Positions 10,497 through 19,269 of a stretch of 64,000 bases of DNA are shown piece by piece. How positions within the stretch are numbered: position 1 is the first letter of the stretch; every line of letters starts with the position of its first letter. The stretch lies in the NCBI GenBank assembly GCA_050486305.1, contig JBJHDA010000001.1:563071-627070 (forward strand), written 5' to 3'. This DNA comes from Candidatus Saccharimonadota bacterium. GTDB taxonomy: Bacteria > Patescibacteriota > Saccharimonadia > Saccharimonadales > SLHW01. Below the pieces are notes generated by a model that did not search any database, was not told the DNA's origin, and saw only the letters and a program-made list of their open reading frames with translations. The position numbers and the translations under genes were made by a program.

Positions 10497-10920
10497 GATT
10501 ACCTGCCTCGTTTATAAAGTCTTCTAAAATATACGTCGCAGCGAGCGCATCAACGGATGAAGATGGGCCTTTGCGCTTGCCGCCTGCTTTTCGTAGCTCT
10601 GCTTCTGCCTTACGTGAGGTTCCGGCTTCATCCTGCAGATAGATCGGAATCTTTAGATAGCCCTTGAGCCTGTCTGTAAATGCCCTAACTTCTTTGGTTT
10701 GGGCAGTTTCGTTGCCGTCTAGACTCCTCGGAAGCCCAACAACAACTGCCACGGCAGACTCTTCTGTAACGAGCGAGTCCAAGCTCTTAAGCACAGTATC
10801 ATCATGCTGCACGACGGTGCAAGGGGCAGGAAACCCATTGGCAATAAATGCCCTCGCAACTCCTATCCGCTTACCGCCGACGTCCAAAGCTAGAACGGTT
10901 TTTTGTTGCTGCTGTGTCAC
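10471..10920 (-). CDS. ruvX: putative pre-16S rRNA nuclease / Holliday junction resolvase-like RuvX (YqgF)
   Basis: VLALDVGGKRIGVA N-terminus. GTG start overlaps the upstream stop (GTGA). Confidence 0.9.
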   Translation of the reverse strand: MTQQQQKTVLALDVGGKRIGVARAFIANGFPAPCTVVQHDDTVLKSLDSLVTEESAVAVVVGLPRSLDGNETAQTKEVRAFTDRLKGYLKIPIYLQDEAGTSRKAEAELRKAGGKRKGPSSSVDALAATYILEDFINEAGNRELLNKIN

Positions 10921-12623
10921 TCTTCTGACTGGTCCTCATCTTCGGTTTCATCTGGAAATTCAGCTTGCTCACCCTGCTGCACAATAGTAATGGTAATTTT
11001 GTCAGGGTTATCGGGAGTCGAGAAGACCCAGAACGGAGCGTAGTCGATTTGCACTTCTCGCACCCCATCACGGAGGAATATTGCAGACTCTGTTTCGCTC
11101 CGTCGCATACCGGCAATTTCCTGGGTGAGCTCTTCAATATCTATGTCCGGACCGATAGAAACTATCGTTCGAAGCCGAAGCCTGGTCGTATCGCCATCGG
11201 TTGAAACGACGCGAAGTGAAGCCTCGTCCAAGCCATCGTCAAGAATCGCTTGCCGATCAAAGTCGAACTCCTCACCCAGCTCCAGCTCGATCAGCCGACG
11301 CAGGTCATCACGTGAAACCCCAAGCATTGTATAGCGTGTCGATATGCTCACTGTCACCTCATCGGTCTCATCGCCTGCTTCATGTGATGCATCTACATCT
11401 GTGCTGCCTTCATTAAACGTTTCCGTAACAGGAAATAGTCCTTCGATGTCATGCAACTCTTCTAGCTCCGCGCGGGCAGCGGATTCCGAACCTTGCTCAA
11501 CTTCTTCTCTCGCAGCCCGGATATCCCGTGAAGCGACCACTGAGACCATTTCATCGGTTCCACCTGTCATGGAAGTACCAGAACCGTAGACGGTTTGAGA
11601 TGAATATCCCTCTACCGTATAGCTTGAGGCGCTGATATTATAATCAGCTCCTCTGTTATCTGCCCTCACAGGAACGTCTGCCTGACCATTCTCATCACAT
11701 GACGGATTGAAAATCGAGCCGGATATCGTACTTCCAGACACTTGGACCGTCTCGGTTGCACGAAACACCCTACCATTAGCTGCAATAAGTGCATTACCTT
11801 CACTGATCGTAATTGAGTCAGCTGCTGAGGTCTCACAATTCGTTACGGTTACTGTTCCTGTGGCCCTGTCTCCAACATTCCTCTCGCCGGTTGTCCGGAC
11901 AGATGCCTCGTCTTCATAGGTATACTCTTTTTCAACTGCCGGGAGTACGATATTGTCCTCTACGATTTCATCAATATCTGTCCGTACATCAAACTCGATG
12001 GTTTCAGCAACGCTTTGCGCACTGGTTTCTACAATAATCTCCGCTCGCGGCAAAACAAAGGCTGCAACGTACCAACCGATGATAAGGAGTACAAGCCCGA
12101 CCCCGCCAAGAATTAACCAAAGCCGAAACTTGTTGAAGTTCGGTATCGTGACACCTTTTTTCTTTGGCTTCTTCTTTTTTTTGCCGGCATCGTCGTCAAT
12201 ATCAAGATTTGGCAAATCACCTAAGTCTATCGTGTCTTCTTTTTCTTTCGCCTTATCGGCAAGTTCGCCAACGGGCTTGGATGGGTCAACCGCATTTTCA
12301 TCTGCGGCTGACTCTGCAGACGCTGACGCTGTTGGAGCATCTGGTATATACGGCTTTGATTCTGTCGTTCGGGCGACATGCATTCCTGCAGCGCCAGCTA
12401 GCGGCAGAACCGTTTTATCGCTGGTGATTAGAACTGTTTTCTTCTTTGCCTTTTCAGCTGCCTTTTTCAATAACTTAATATTTATTATGGACTGAAACGA
12501 GGGGGCACGTTTGGGCAAAACAACGGCAACGATGCTCGCTGGAGCTTCTTGAAGCTTCGTTATGACAGACGTGATTTCATCGTTCGTATCAACGTATAGT
12601 ATGGTCTTTTTTGGTTCGCTCAT
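10917..12623 (-). CDS. conserved-looking membrane protein (568 aa), function unknown
   Basis: The ATGA overlap with ftsA implies co-translation. There is a cytoplasmic N-domain, a Lys-rich linker, one TM (WLILGGVGLVLLIIGWYVAAFVL) and a large acidic extracytoplasmic part. Confidence 0.7.
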   Translation of the reverse strand: MSEPKKTILYVDTNDEITSVITKLQEAPASIVAVVLPKRAPSFQSIINIKLLKKAAEKAKKKTVLITSDKTVLPLAGAAGMHVARTTESKPYIPDAPTASASAESAADENAVDPSKPVGELADKAKEKEDTIDLGDLPNLDIDDDAGKKKKKPKKKGVTIPNFNKFRLWLILGGVGLVLLIIGWYVAAFVLPRAEIIVETSAQSVAETIEFDVRTDIDEIVEDNIVLPAVEKEYTYEDEASVRTTGERNVGDRATGTVTVTNCETSAADSITISEGNALIAANGRVFRATETVQVSGSTISGSIFNPSCDENGQADVPVRADNRGADYNISASSYTVEGYSSQTVYGSGTSMTGGTDEMVSVVASRDIRAAREEVEQGSESAARAELEELHDIEGLFPVTETFNEGSTDVDASHEAGDETDEVTVSISTRYTMLGVSRDDLRRLIELELGEEFDFDRQAILDDGLDEASLRVVSTDGDTTRLRLRTIVSIGPDIDIEELTQEIAGMRRSETESAIFLRDGVREVQIDYAPFWVFSTPDNPDKITITIVQQGEQAEFPDETEDEDQSEE

Positions 12624-13930
12624 AGTCGTAACATCCTATCAATTTTCTGGCGGATGGTTCCAGTCTCGTTGCCTTCTTGTTGCTGAATCGTATCGAGCCC
12701 TACCCGCATAAGCCCCATCGCAGTAATAAACGTGTGGTCGTTCACTCGGCCAGTTGTATCAGTTATGTTAACGACTTCCTTTGGGTCAATGTGCTGAATA
12801 TTCGGCTGCTTTGTAAACGGAAGATCTCCGTACCACTTTTGACGCTTCAGTCGATTAACAAGCGGCTTCAGGCTTGATCCACCGCCACATAATAACACTT
12901 GGTTTGGCAAGTAATCGAGCTGGTCAAATTCACTCAATGCCAGCTCTACACCGCTCACCCAAACATCAAGCGTTTTATCAATAGCCTTGAGGCTGCGAGC
13001 CTTCTCCGGCTCCGACAGCGTGTCCTTCGTAAGGGCGAGCTTGTGTCTTTCTGCGTCCGTAAAATCCAAATCATACTCCCGCTCAATCGACCGGGTGAAC
13101 GCCCGTCCGCCAATACCGAACATTTCGGTACCTTGCAGTCCGCCCTCTTGTATGACGGCGATGTCCGTTGTGCCGCCACCAACATCCATTAAGATTGCGT
13201 TTTTGTTCTGGTTCGGGTCGTTACCGATTACTGATCGTGCGACGGCAAACGGCTCGGCGGCGACTGCTAATAAATCAAGGTCGAGTTCTTCGGTTACTTT
13301 CTCTATCGCGCCGATGTGTATCATTGGCGCAAATGCTGTGTATAACTGTACGACGACGTCCTTACCCTGAAACCCGAGTGGATTCGTAACTACGTAGCCA
13401 TCTATCTCGATACTAACAAGCGCACTGTTGACGAGCCGGATTTCAATATCCTTACCGCCCAGATCAACGAACAGTTCCCGACGGGCTCTATCTGCCGCCC
13501 GTTCTTGCACGAGCCCGATAATCTGCTCTATCTCGTCAATATCCAGTGAGGTTTCCGGAGCCTTGCGCGTACACTTTACGGTTACGGTCGTCCCTTTTAC
13601 AAGCTCCCCGGCAATACCGACAACGGCGCTCCGGGCGCTGACCTCAGCCTGCTTTTCTGCCTGCGACAATGCACTGTCACAGTTCTGGACAACAGCAGCA
13701 ATATCCGAAATCGCTCCTGCTTGCATATCAGATAGTTGCTGATGAGCGCGGCCTACGCCGATGATTTCAATCGCGTCATTTTTTACCTCGCCAATTAGGG
13801 CTTTTACAAATTCAGTACCGATATCTAGTCCGACCAGATATTGGTTTTCGTTTTTTTCGGTATTGCGGCGCCCAAGCGCCTGCGTCATCCCCTGGATTTT
13901 TTTGAACATAATCAGTTTGTAGTATAGCAC
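12620..13930 (-). CDS. ftsA: actin-like cell division ATPase FtsA
   Basis: LVGLDIGTEFVKAL phosphate-1 motif, MDVGGGTTDIAV phosphate-2 motif and LCGGGSSL adenosine motif. Start is uncertain (alternatives at M8 and M15). Confidence 0.8.
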   Translation of the reverse strand: MLYYKLIMFKKIQGMTQALGRRNTEKNENQYLVGLDIGTEFVKALIGEVKNDAIEIIGVGRAHQQLSDMQAGAISDIAAVVQNCDSALSQAEKQAEVSARSAVVGIAGELVKGTTVTVKCTRKAPETSLDIDEIEQIIGLVQERAADRARRELFVDLGGKDIEIRLVNSALVSIEIDGYVVTNPLGFQGKDVVVQLYTAFAPMIHIGAIEKVTEELDLDLLAVAAEPFAVARSVIGNDPNQNKNAILMDVGGGTTDIAVIQEGGLQGTEMFGIGGRAFTRSIEREYDLDFTDAERHKLALTKDTLSEPEKARSLKAIDKTLDVWVSGVELALSEFDQLDYLPNQVLLCGGGSSLKPLVNRLKRQKWYGDLPFTKQPNIQHIDPKEVVNITDTTGRVNDHTFITAMGLMRVGLDTIQQQEGNETGTIRQKIDRMLRL

Positions 13931-13993
13931 GTGCGAAGCCGGAAAAAACAGATGCGGCCAACTATTTTTCGCGTCGTATTGGAAGGCTTATTG

Positions 13994-14041
13994 CAAGACT
14001 GCTTTGATGCGACGGACACCGGCGGAGCTGGACTCTTCTTT
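13994..14041 (-). repeat. displaced duplicate of the alaS 3' coding end (47 of 48 nt region, 2 mismatches)
   Basis: aagactgctttgatgcgacggacaccggcggagctggactcttcttt matches 14142-14188. Read on the minus strand it encodes EESSSAGVRRIKAVLQ-stop, against EESSSAGVRRIKAVLR-stop in alaS. Confidence 0.85.
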
Positions 14042-14057
14042 TTTGCGGCTTCGCCTC

Positions 14058-14113
14058 TTGAGAGGGGAGTATCCCCTCTCAACGCGCCACGTGAAGCAAA
14101 TGAATTGCTTCAC
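14058..14113. other. two perfect hairpins between the alaS end and its duplicate
   Basis: ttgagagggga-gta-tcccctctcaa (11-bp stem, 14058-14082) and gtgaagcaa-atgaa-ttgcttcac (9-bp stem, 14091-14113). Neither strand has a U-tract after them. Confidence 0.8.
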
Positions 14114-14134
14114 TGGGCTGCTCTCCCCTTCCTC

Positions 14135-16045
14135 CTAGCGTAAGACTGCTTTGATGCGGCGGACACCTGCGGAGCTGGACTCTTCTTTGGTGATTTTGAA
14201 CTTTTTGCCGTCTTCGGCAAGCTCGCTCGTGCGCTCAACATGCGGCCCGCCGCAGATTTCGAAGCTATACTGCGTGCCATCGGCATCGCTCATAGAGTAG
14301 ACTTTTACGGTATCGCCGTAGGTATCGCCAAAAGCTCCGTAAGCACCGCGCTTTAGCGCTTCGTCCGTTGGCAGCTCCTCCCACGAAACCTTGAGATCCA
14401 TAGCTATCCGCTCGTTCACGATAGCTTCAACCTGCTGCTTTTGCTCATCGGTCATCTTTTCCGGGTGTGAAAAGTCAAACCGCAACCGATCGTCAGTAAT
14501 GTTCGAGCCCCGCTGGACGACATGATCACCGAGCACTTCACGCAACGCCCGATACATCAGATGTGTCGCAGTATGGTACTTCTTATGCATGTCACCACTC
14601 CCTGCCAAGCCACCCTTAAACGTGCCTTTTGCTGCCGTTTGTGAACGCTCCCGTTGCTCTTTCATTTTTGCATCGAAATCACTCTTCCAGTTTTCTGATA
14701 CGTGAATGTCTCGTTTATACGCCTCTTCTAGCGTGAGCTCTGTTGGAAAACCATAGGTATCATACATAGTGAAAATAAAGCTACCCGTTATAGTCGACAC
14801 TTGTTCGCCGGCATCATCGTGCTTCATCTTTAAAACATCTCTCTCGAAAACCTTAATTGCTTTTCTCAGGGTTTGCCGAAATGCCTTTTCTTCCCGTGAC
14901 AGCACCGCAATCACCGCATCACGCCGCTCGGCTACCTCTGGAAAGTCATCATGATACAGATCGGCAATCACCGGAATGACTTCTTCAAGGAAATTCTGCT
15001 CAACGCCAAGCTCAAACGCAAAACGGATCGCCCGCCTGAGCAAGCGGCGCATAACGTAACCCTGCTCTTTATTGCTGGGTTTTACACCGTCCACCGCCAG
15101 AAACGTCGCAGCCCGCAGATGATCGGCGATAACACGCATGCTTTCGGTGTGGCTTTCGTACGTTTTACCTGATAATGCCTGGAGTTTCTCGACAATTGGC
15201 CACATCAGGCTAATCTTAAACACGTCTGGGCTATCGATTGCTGCGGCAGCAATCCGCTCCAAGCCACCACCGAAATCAACGTTCTTTTGCGCTAACGGCT
15301 CAAACCCACTTTCGGTACGCCGGTACTGCATAAACACCTGGTTGCCTATCTCCATAAAACGGCCAGACTCGCTGGCTGGATGCGGCAGACCATAGCTTTC
15401 GTCATGGTGCTCCTCGCCGAAATCAAAGAACACTTCACTATCCGGACCGCACGGGTCGCCGAGCGGGGTCTTGTCCAGTCCGCCACCCCGGCTCCACCAG
15501 TTTTCGCCGTCATCGTAAAAGAATATCCGGGCATCTTGCATACCAAGACGGTCACCATCTTCCTGCGAACCCACTTCTGCTATCTTGGCGCCGATTCCTT
15601 TTTCCTCGAATAATGTTTGCCAGATTCGAGCTGACTCATCATCCCGGGGGATTCCTTGCGATTCATCACCGATAAAACACGTCACGTATATCCGATTGGG
15701 GTCAAGCCCGACTTCTTCGGTTAAAAACTCGAAGAACCAGCGGATTTGATCTTCCTTAAAGTAATCACCAAGACTCCAGTTTCCAAGCATTTCAAAAAAG
15801 GTGGTGTGCCGATTATCACCGACATCATCAATATCTTGGGCACGCAAGCATGTCTGGCTATCTACTAAGCGGTTACCGCTGGGGTGATTCTCGCCGAGTA
15901 GATATTGAATAAGCGGCTGCATGCCGCTGCCAGTAAACAGTGTGGTTGGGTCATCTTGCGGCACAAGTTGGGCACGCGGAATCACGACGTGATCGCGCTG
16001 TTTAAAATAATTCAGGTACTTTTGTCTTATCGTTTGGGCTCTCAT
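14135..16045 (-). CDS. alaS: alanine--tRNA ligase, short form (636 aa, no C-Ala domain)
   Basis: N-terminus FTGSGMQP...RHTTFFEMLGNWSLGDYF. Editing-domain metal motifs HTATHLM and CGGPHV. The protein ends shortly after the editing domain. Confidence 0.95.
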   Translation of the reverse strand: MRAQTIRQKYLNYFKQRDHVVIPRAQLVPQDDPTTLFTGSGMQPLIQYLLGENHPSGNRLVDSQTCLRAQDIDDVGDNRHTTFFEMLGNWSLGDYFKEDQIRWFFEFLTEEVGLDPNRIYVTCFIGDESQGIPRDDESARIWQTLFEEKGIGAKIAEVGSQEDGDRLGMQDARIFFYDDGENWWSRGGGLDKTPLGDPCGPDSEVFFDFGEEHHDESYGLPHPASESGRFMEIGNQVFMQYRRTESGFEPLAQKNVDFGGGLERIAAAAIDSPDVFKISLMWPIVEKLQALSGKTYESHTESMRVIADHLRAATFLAVDGVKPSNKEQGYVMRRLLRRAIRFAFELGVEQNFLEEVIPVIADLYHDDFPEVAERRDAVIAVLSREEKAFRQTLRKAIKVFERDVLKMKHDDAGEQVSTITGSFIFTMYDTYGFPTELTLEEAYKRDIHVSENWKSDFDAKMKEQRERSQTAAKGTFKGGLAGSGDMHKKYHTATHLMYRALREVLGDHVVQRGSNITDDRLRFDFSHPEKMTDEQKQQVEAIVNERIAMDLKVSWEELPTDEALKRGAYGAFGDTYGDTVKVYSMSDADGTQYSFEICGGPHVERTSELAEDGKKFKITKEESSSAGVRRIKAVLR

Positions 16046-16096
16046 ACAGTCATTAGTCTAACAAAACAGTCCTTAATCAGTGAAATGAAGTTTCGT

Positions 16097-17152
16097 TTAG
16101 GTTTTGGCAATAATGCCGCCTCCGAGTACTGTTTCACCGTCATAAATAACTGCGGATTGTCCAGCCGCTGCTGCCCTCACCGGCTCCTCAAGGATGACAG
16201 CAGTCGTACTGCCAGAAAACCTAAGCGAACAAGGCAGCAGCTCGCCACGGTGACGGATTCGAGCCATATAGGCTTCGTTTGGCTCTGGTGCTTTGTCTAT
16301 CCAGTGTACTGCGGAGAGCTCCAACGTGTCCGACCACAGACTATCATCTTGCAGGTCACTGGTAACGTACACCTCGTTTTTCTGCATATCCTTACCGCAG
16401 ACGTAATATGGTAGGCCTCCCCCGATACCAAGCCCGTGCCGCTGACCGATTGTGTAAAATAGCGCGCCGTTATGCGTACCGATAGGCTTGCTTGTGCCGA
16501 CGTCAACGATTTTTCCTGGCTCCGTCTCGACAAACTGCTCTAGGAACTCCTCGATTCGGACGTCACCAATAAAGCAAATTCCCTGGCTATCCTTCTTTTC
16601 TGCGGTAGCAAGACCCTTCTCCTTCGCCTGCTTTCGGACTTCGTCTTTCTTAAGCTCACCTATCGGGAACAGTGTTTTCTCGAGTGCTGGCTTTGTTACC
16701 CGGTACAAAAAGTAACTCTGATCTTTATTTTTATCAGCTCCCATTCGAAGCTGTCCGTTAACAGTTCTGGCGTAATGGCCAGTTGCAATCATATCTGCAC
16801 CATCGGCTAGTGCTGAATCGAGGAATAGTTTAAATTTCACTTCTTGATTGCACATAATATCTGGATTCGGCGTTACCCCTTGCTTATAGCCATCAATCAT
16901 ATAGTCAACGACTTTTTGCCGATATTCTTTCTGAAAGTCATACATTTTAAAATCAATACCAAGCTGAACTGCTACCCGCATTGCATCTTCATAGTCTTCT
17001 TGCCACGGGCAATAAAAACCCGGCAAATCTTCTGCCCAGTTTTTCATATATACACCAGTTACTCTATAGCCCGCATCTTTCAATAACGCTGCGGTTAACG
17101 AGCTATCGACACCACCGGACATACCAACAAATACATGCTTCGCCTCTGCCAT
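16097..17152 (-). CDS. mnmA: tRNA 2-thiouridine(34) synthase MnmA
   Basis: PP-loop VGMSGGVDSS and typical MnmA length and C-terminal barrel region. Confidence 0.95.
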   Translation of the reverse strand: MAEAKHVFVGMSGGVDSSLTAALLKDAGYRVTGVYMKNWAEDLPGFYCPWQEDYEDAMRVAVQLGIDFKMYDFQKEYRQKVVDYMIDGYKQGVTPNPDIMCNQEVKFKLFLDSALADGADMIATGHYARTVNGQLRMGADKNKDQSYFLYRVTKPALEKTLFPIGELKKDEVRKQAKEKGLATAEKKDSQGICFIGDVRIEEFLEQFVETEPGKIVDVGTSKPIGTHNGALFYTIGQRHGLGIGGGLPYYVCGKDMQKNEVYVTSDLQDDSLWSDTLELSAVHWIDKAPEPNEAYMARIRHRGELLPCSLRFSGSTTAVILEEPVRAAAAGQSAVIYDGETVLGGGIIAKT

Positions 17153-17178
17153 ATGCTACAGTCTAGCAAATCGATGCG

Positions 17179-18087
17179 CTAAAACGGCCGTTCGCCACGC
17201 TCGATCTTGTTCTGGATTCGCTTAAGCTCATACCGCTTACCAAGCCAGAACGTTGAAAGTATAAAGGGTATCAGGATTGCGGCTGGTTGCCACAATATTC
17301 GAGTCGTGGTTGTTGCCGCCGTATCAACGGGCTCACCAACATCCTCTTGGCTTAACGGTCCGTTCGCCACGCCGACTAATTGCAGGAAAGCAGGGCTGCC
17401 GTTGGCATCAGTCGCCTTAATAATAATGTTGTATACACCTGGTCGCTCGTAAACATGTTCTATATCAAACGAACCAGGAAACTCTCTACTAAACAAATCC
17501 GGCGACGTACCATCACCCCAGTCAACACTGAACGCATAGGGGCCTTGACCGCCAGAAAGGTCAATCGGCCATACTAGTGTTTCACCAGGGTTAGCGCCTC
17601 GCTTCGCATAATTACTCGAAAGGGTTGGTCTGCCAACAGCCCCGACGCTATCATCCTCGTACGTTACCGTTACGACGTTCGAATCCGGGCCCGCTTGATC
17701 GAGCGCATCGAAAACCCTGGCTACGAGTTCATTTTCGCCGATAAAGAGATCTGTTTGGATACTATAGCTGCCGTTTTCACAGGCCGCGGAGCCGCTAAAA
17801 ATGCCGTTTTTGAAAAGCTTGATAATTAGGTCGTCGCCAGCAGGACACAAACCAGACACGGTAATTGGCAGCGATGTGAACGTTTGACCATTGCTCGGCA
17901 CGGCTATCGTGGCAGCCTCAGACGGAGGCGGTGATGAAATACTGCCTTGCATACCGATTGCCCCACCTTGCGGGTTTTCCGGCGGAGGACTCACCTGAGC
18001 ATTTGCGATGCTCGTTATAGCGAATGCGAACATGGCAAATGCAGCAACAAACAACAGAGAGCCTGATGCTATTTTGATTTTTTGCAT
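17179..18087 (-). CDS. surface protein with signal peptide, Ig-like region, PKD domain and C-terminal TM anchor
   Basis: Track ORF extends to 18177. The ATG at 18087 gives the signal peptide MQKIKIASGSLLFVAAFAMFAFAITSIANA. PKD-like motif WGDGTSPD...HVYERPGVYNIIIKATDANG. C-terminal TM plus a basic tail. Confidence 0.7.
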   Translation of the reverse strand: MQKIKIASGSLLFVAAFAMFAFAITSIANAQVSPPPENPQGGAIGMQGSISSPPPSEAATIAVPSNGQTFTSLPITVSGLCPAGDDLIIKLFKNGIFSGSAACENGSYSIQTDLFIGENELVARVFDALDQAGPDSNVVTVTYEDDSVGAVGRPTLSSNYAKRGANPGETLVWPIDLSGGQGPYAFSVDWGDGTSPDLFSREFPGSFDIEHVYERPGVYNIIIKATDANGSPAFLQLVGVANGPLSQEDVGEPVDTAATTTTRILWQPAAILIPFILSTFWLGKRYELKRIQNKIERGERPF

Positions 18088-18223
18088 AATGTTTGTATTT
18101 ATCACGAGTGTAATTCGTTTACTGTCATTACTATGGTAGCGCCTCTGTTGTAAAAAAACAAGTCTGCAGGTAGGCAATACGAGTTACCTGCAGCTTGTTT
18201 TGTTTCGGTGTTATGGGCTAGAT

Positions 18224-19216
18224 TTAGCGTCGTTTTTTCGTTGACTTCTTGTTGCTTCGTTTGTTTACGATGCTCACCACCCCAAAGGCGATAGCTGCAA
18301 GTGCCACAAACAAGACGATGAGCGCCCAAACCGGTATATACCAGAAGGTTGCTTGTGCGCTGATTGGCTCTCCGCCTCCCTGCATATGGCCGATGTTTGC
18401 TTCGATAGTGTAGCGGCCGAACCAGCTCCTAGAATCTAAGTCATCCTGGAAGCGACGAACAGTGTCAGGGAGAACGTATGCGCGAGGGCTGCTGTCATTC
18501 AGCTCATACGTCTGCACGACATCACCAAACATGTTCCGTATCTGAATACGTCCGTTTGGCTGAAGGTGGATATCACCGCTGTTACGAAGCCTTACAAGAA
18601 CGCTCACGTCACCGCCGGTAAAGAACGACCGCAGTGAACTGTCCTGAGCAGCAGAAAGCTGAACAAGATCAAGCCGTTCAGTTAGATCGCCCGGTACCCG
18701 GACTAAGGCAATACTGCCAACACTCGCAGAAAGCGTTACGTTTCCGGCATCTTGCAGGTTAGCTGGTTCAAACCGGACGATTCCGTAATATCCGCCAGCG
18801 TTCGCGTCTTCAGGTACCGTAATCGGTACGTCTATCTCGACACGCTCTCTTGCGTCTAGGTCAAAGCTATCGATGTTTCCTACCAGCGATCGAAAGCTGT
18901 TTCGGGGTGCAGGAGCGTTTTCGTCTAAGATTGGCCGGACTTCGCCATCCTCATTCTCGCCTGCAACAAAGTCATTGACTATGGCTACCGCTGTTAGTGG
19001 TACATCTGTCGGGTTTTCGATGGTAATATTCATTACTTCGGTCTGGCCAGGCTCGATAACAAATTCTGACGTTACCGGAGATATTCGGAATCCATTACCA
19101 ATTGCGCTTTGTTCGCCAGCTGGCTGCGCAAACAGATTCGTAACCGACAAAAGGCTTACTAATAAAAACGCCGTCGCAATCGTAAATAACCCTAGTTTCT
19201 TGATAGAAAGTGACAT
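18224..19216 (-). CDS. membrane-anchored surface protein, DUF916/DUF3324 (CscA)-like, tentative
   Basis: The ATG at 19216 is preceded by GAGGG. Signal peptide present. FRISPVTSEFVIEPGQTEVMNITIENPTD resembles the DUF916 opening by eye. C-terminal TM (VWALIVLFVALAAIAFGVVSIV) followed by a KRSNKKSTKKRR tail. Confidence 0.6.
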   Translation of the reverse strand: MSLSIKKLGLFTIATAFLLVSLLSVTNLFAQPAGEQSAIGNGFRISPVTSEFVIEPGQTEVMNITIENPTDVPLTAVAIVNDFVAGENEDGEVRPILDENAPAPRNSFRSLVGNIDSFDLDARERVEIDVPITVPEDANAGGYYGIVRFEPANLQDAGNVTLSASVGSIALVRVPGDLTERLDLVQLSAAQDSSLRSFFTGGDVSVLVRLRNSGDIHLQPNGRIQIRNMFGDVVQTYELNDSSPRAYVLPDTVRRFQDDLDSRSWFGRYTIEANIGHMQGGGEPISAQATFWYIPVWALIVLFVALAAIAFGVVSIVNKRSNKKSTKKRR

Positions 19217-19269
19217 TTTCCCTCTCTTTTTCTTTCTCATTTAGCTTATGATTGAATCATAGCAACATT

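Noticed and set aside
13931-14143. 70-aa plus-strand ORF between ftsA and alaS.
   Set aside because: It is composed of the antisense of the alaS 3' duplicate plus two perfect hairpins. It has no RBS. It is better explained as a non-coding insertion scar.
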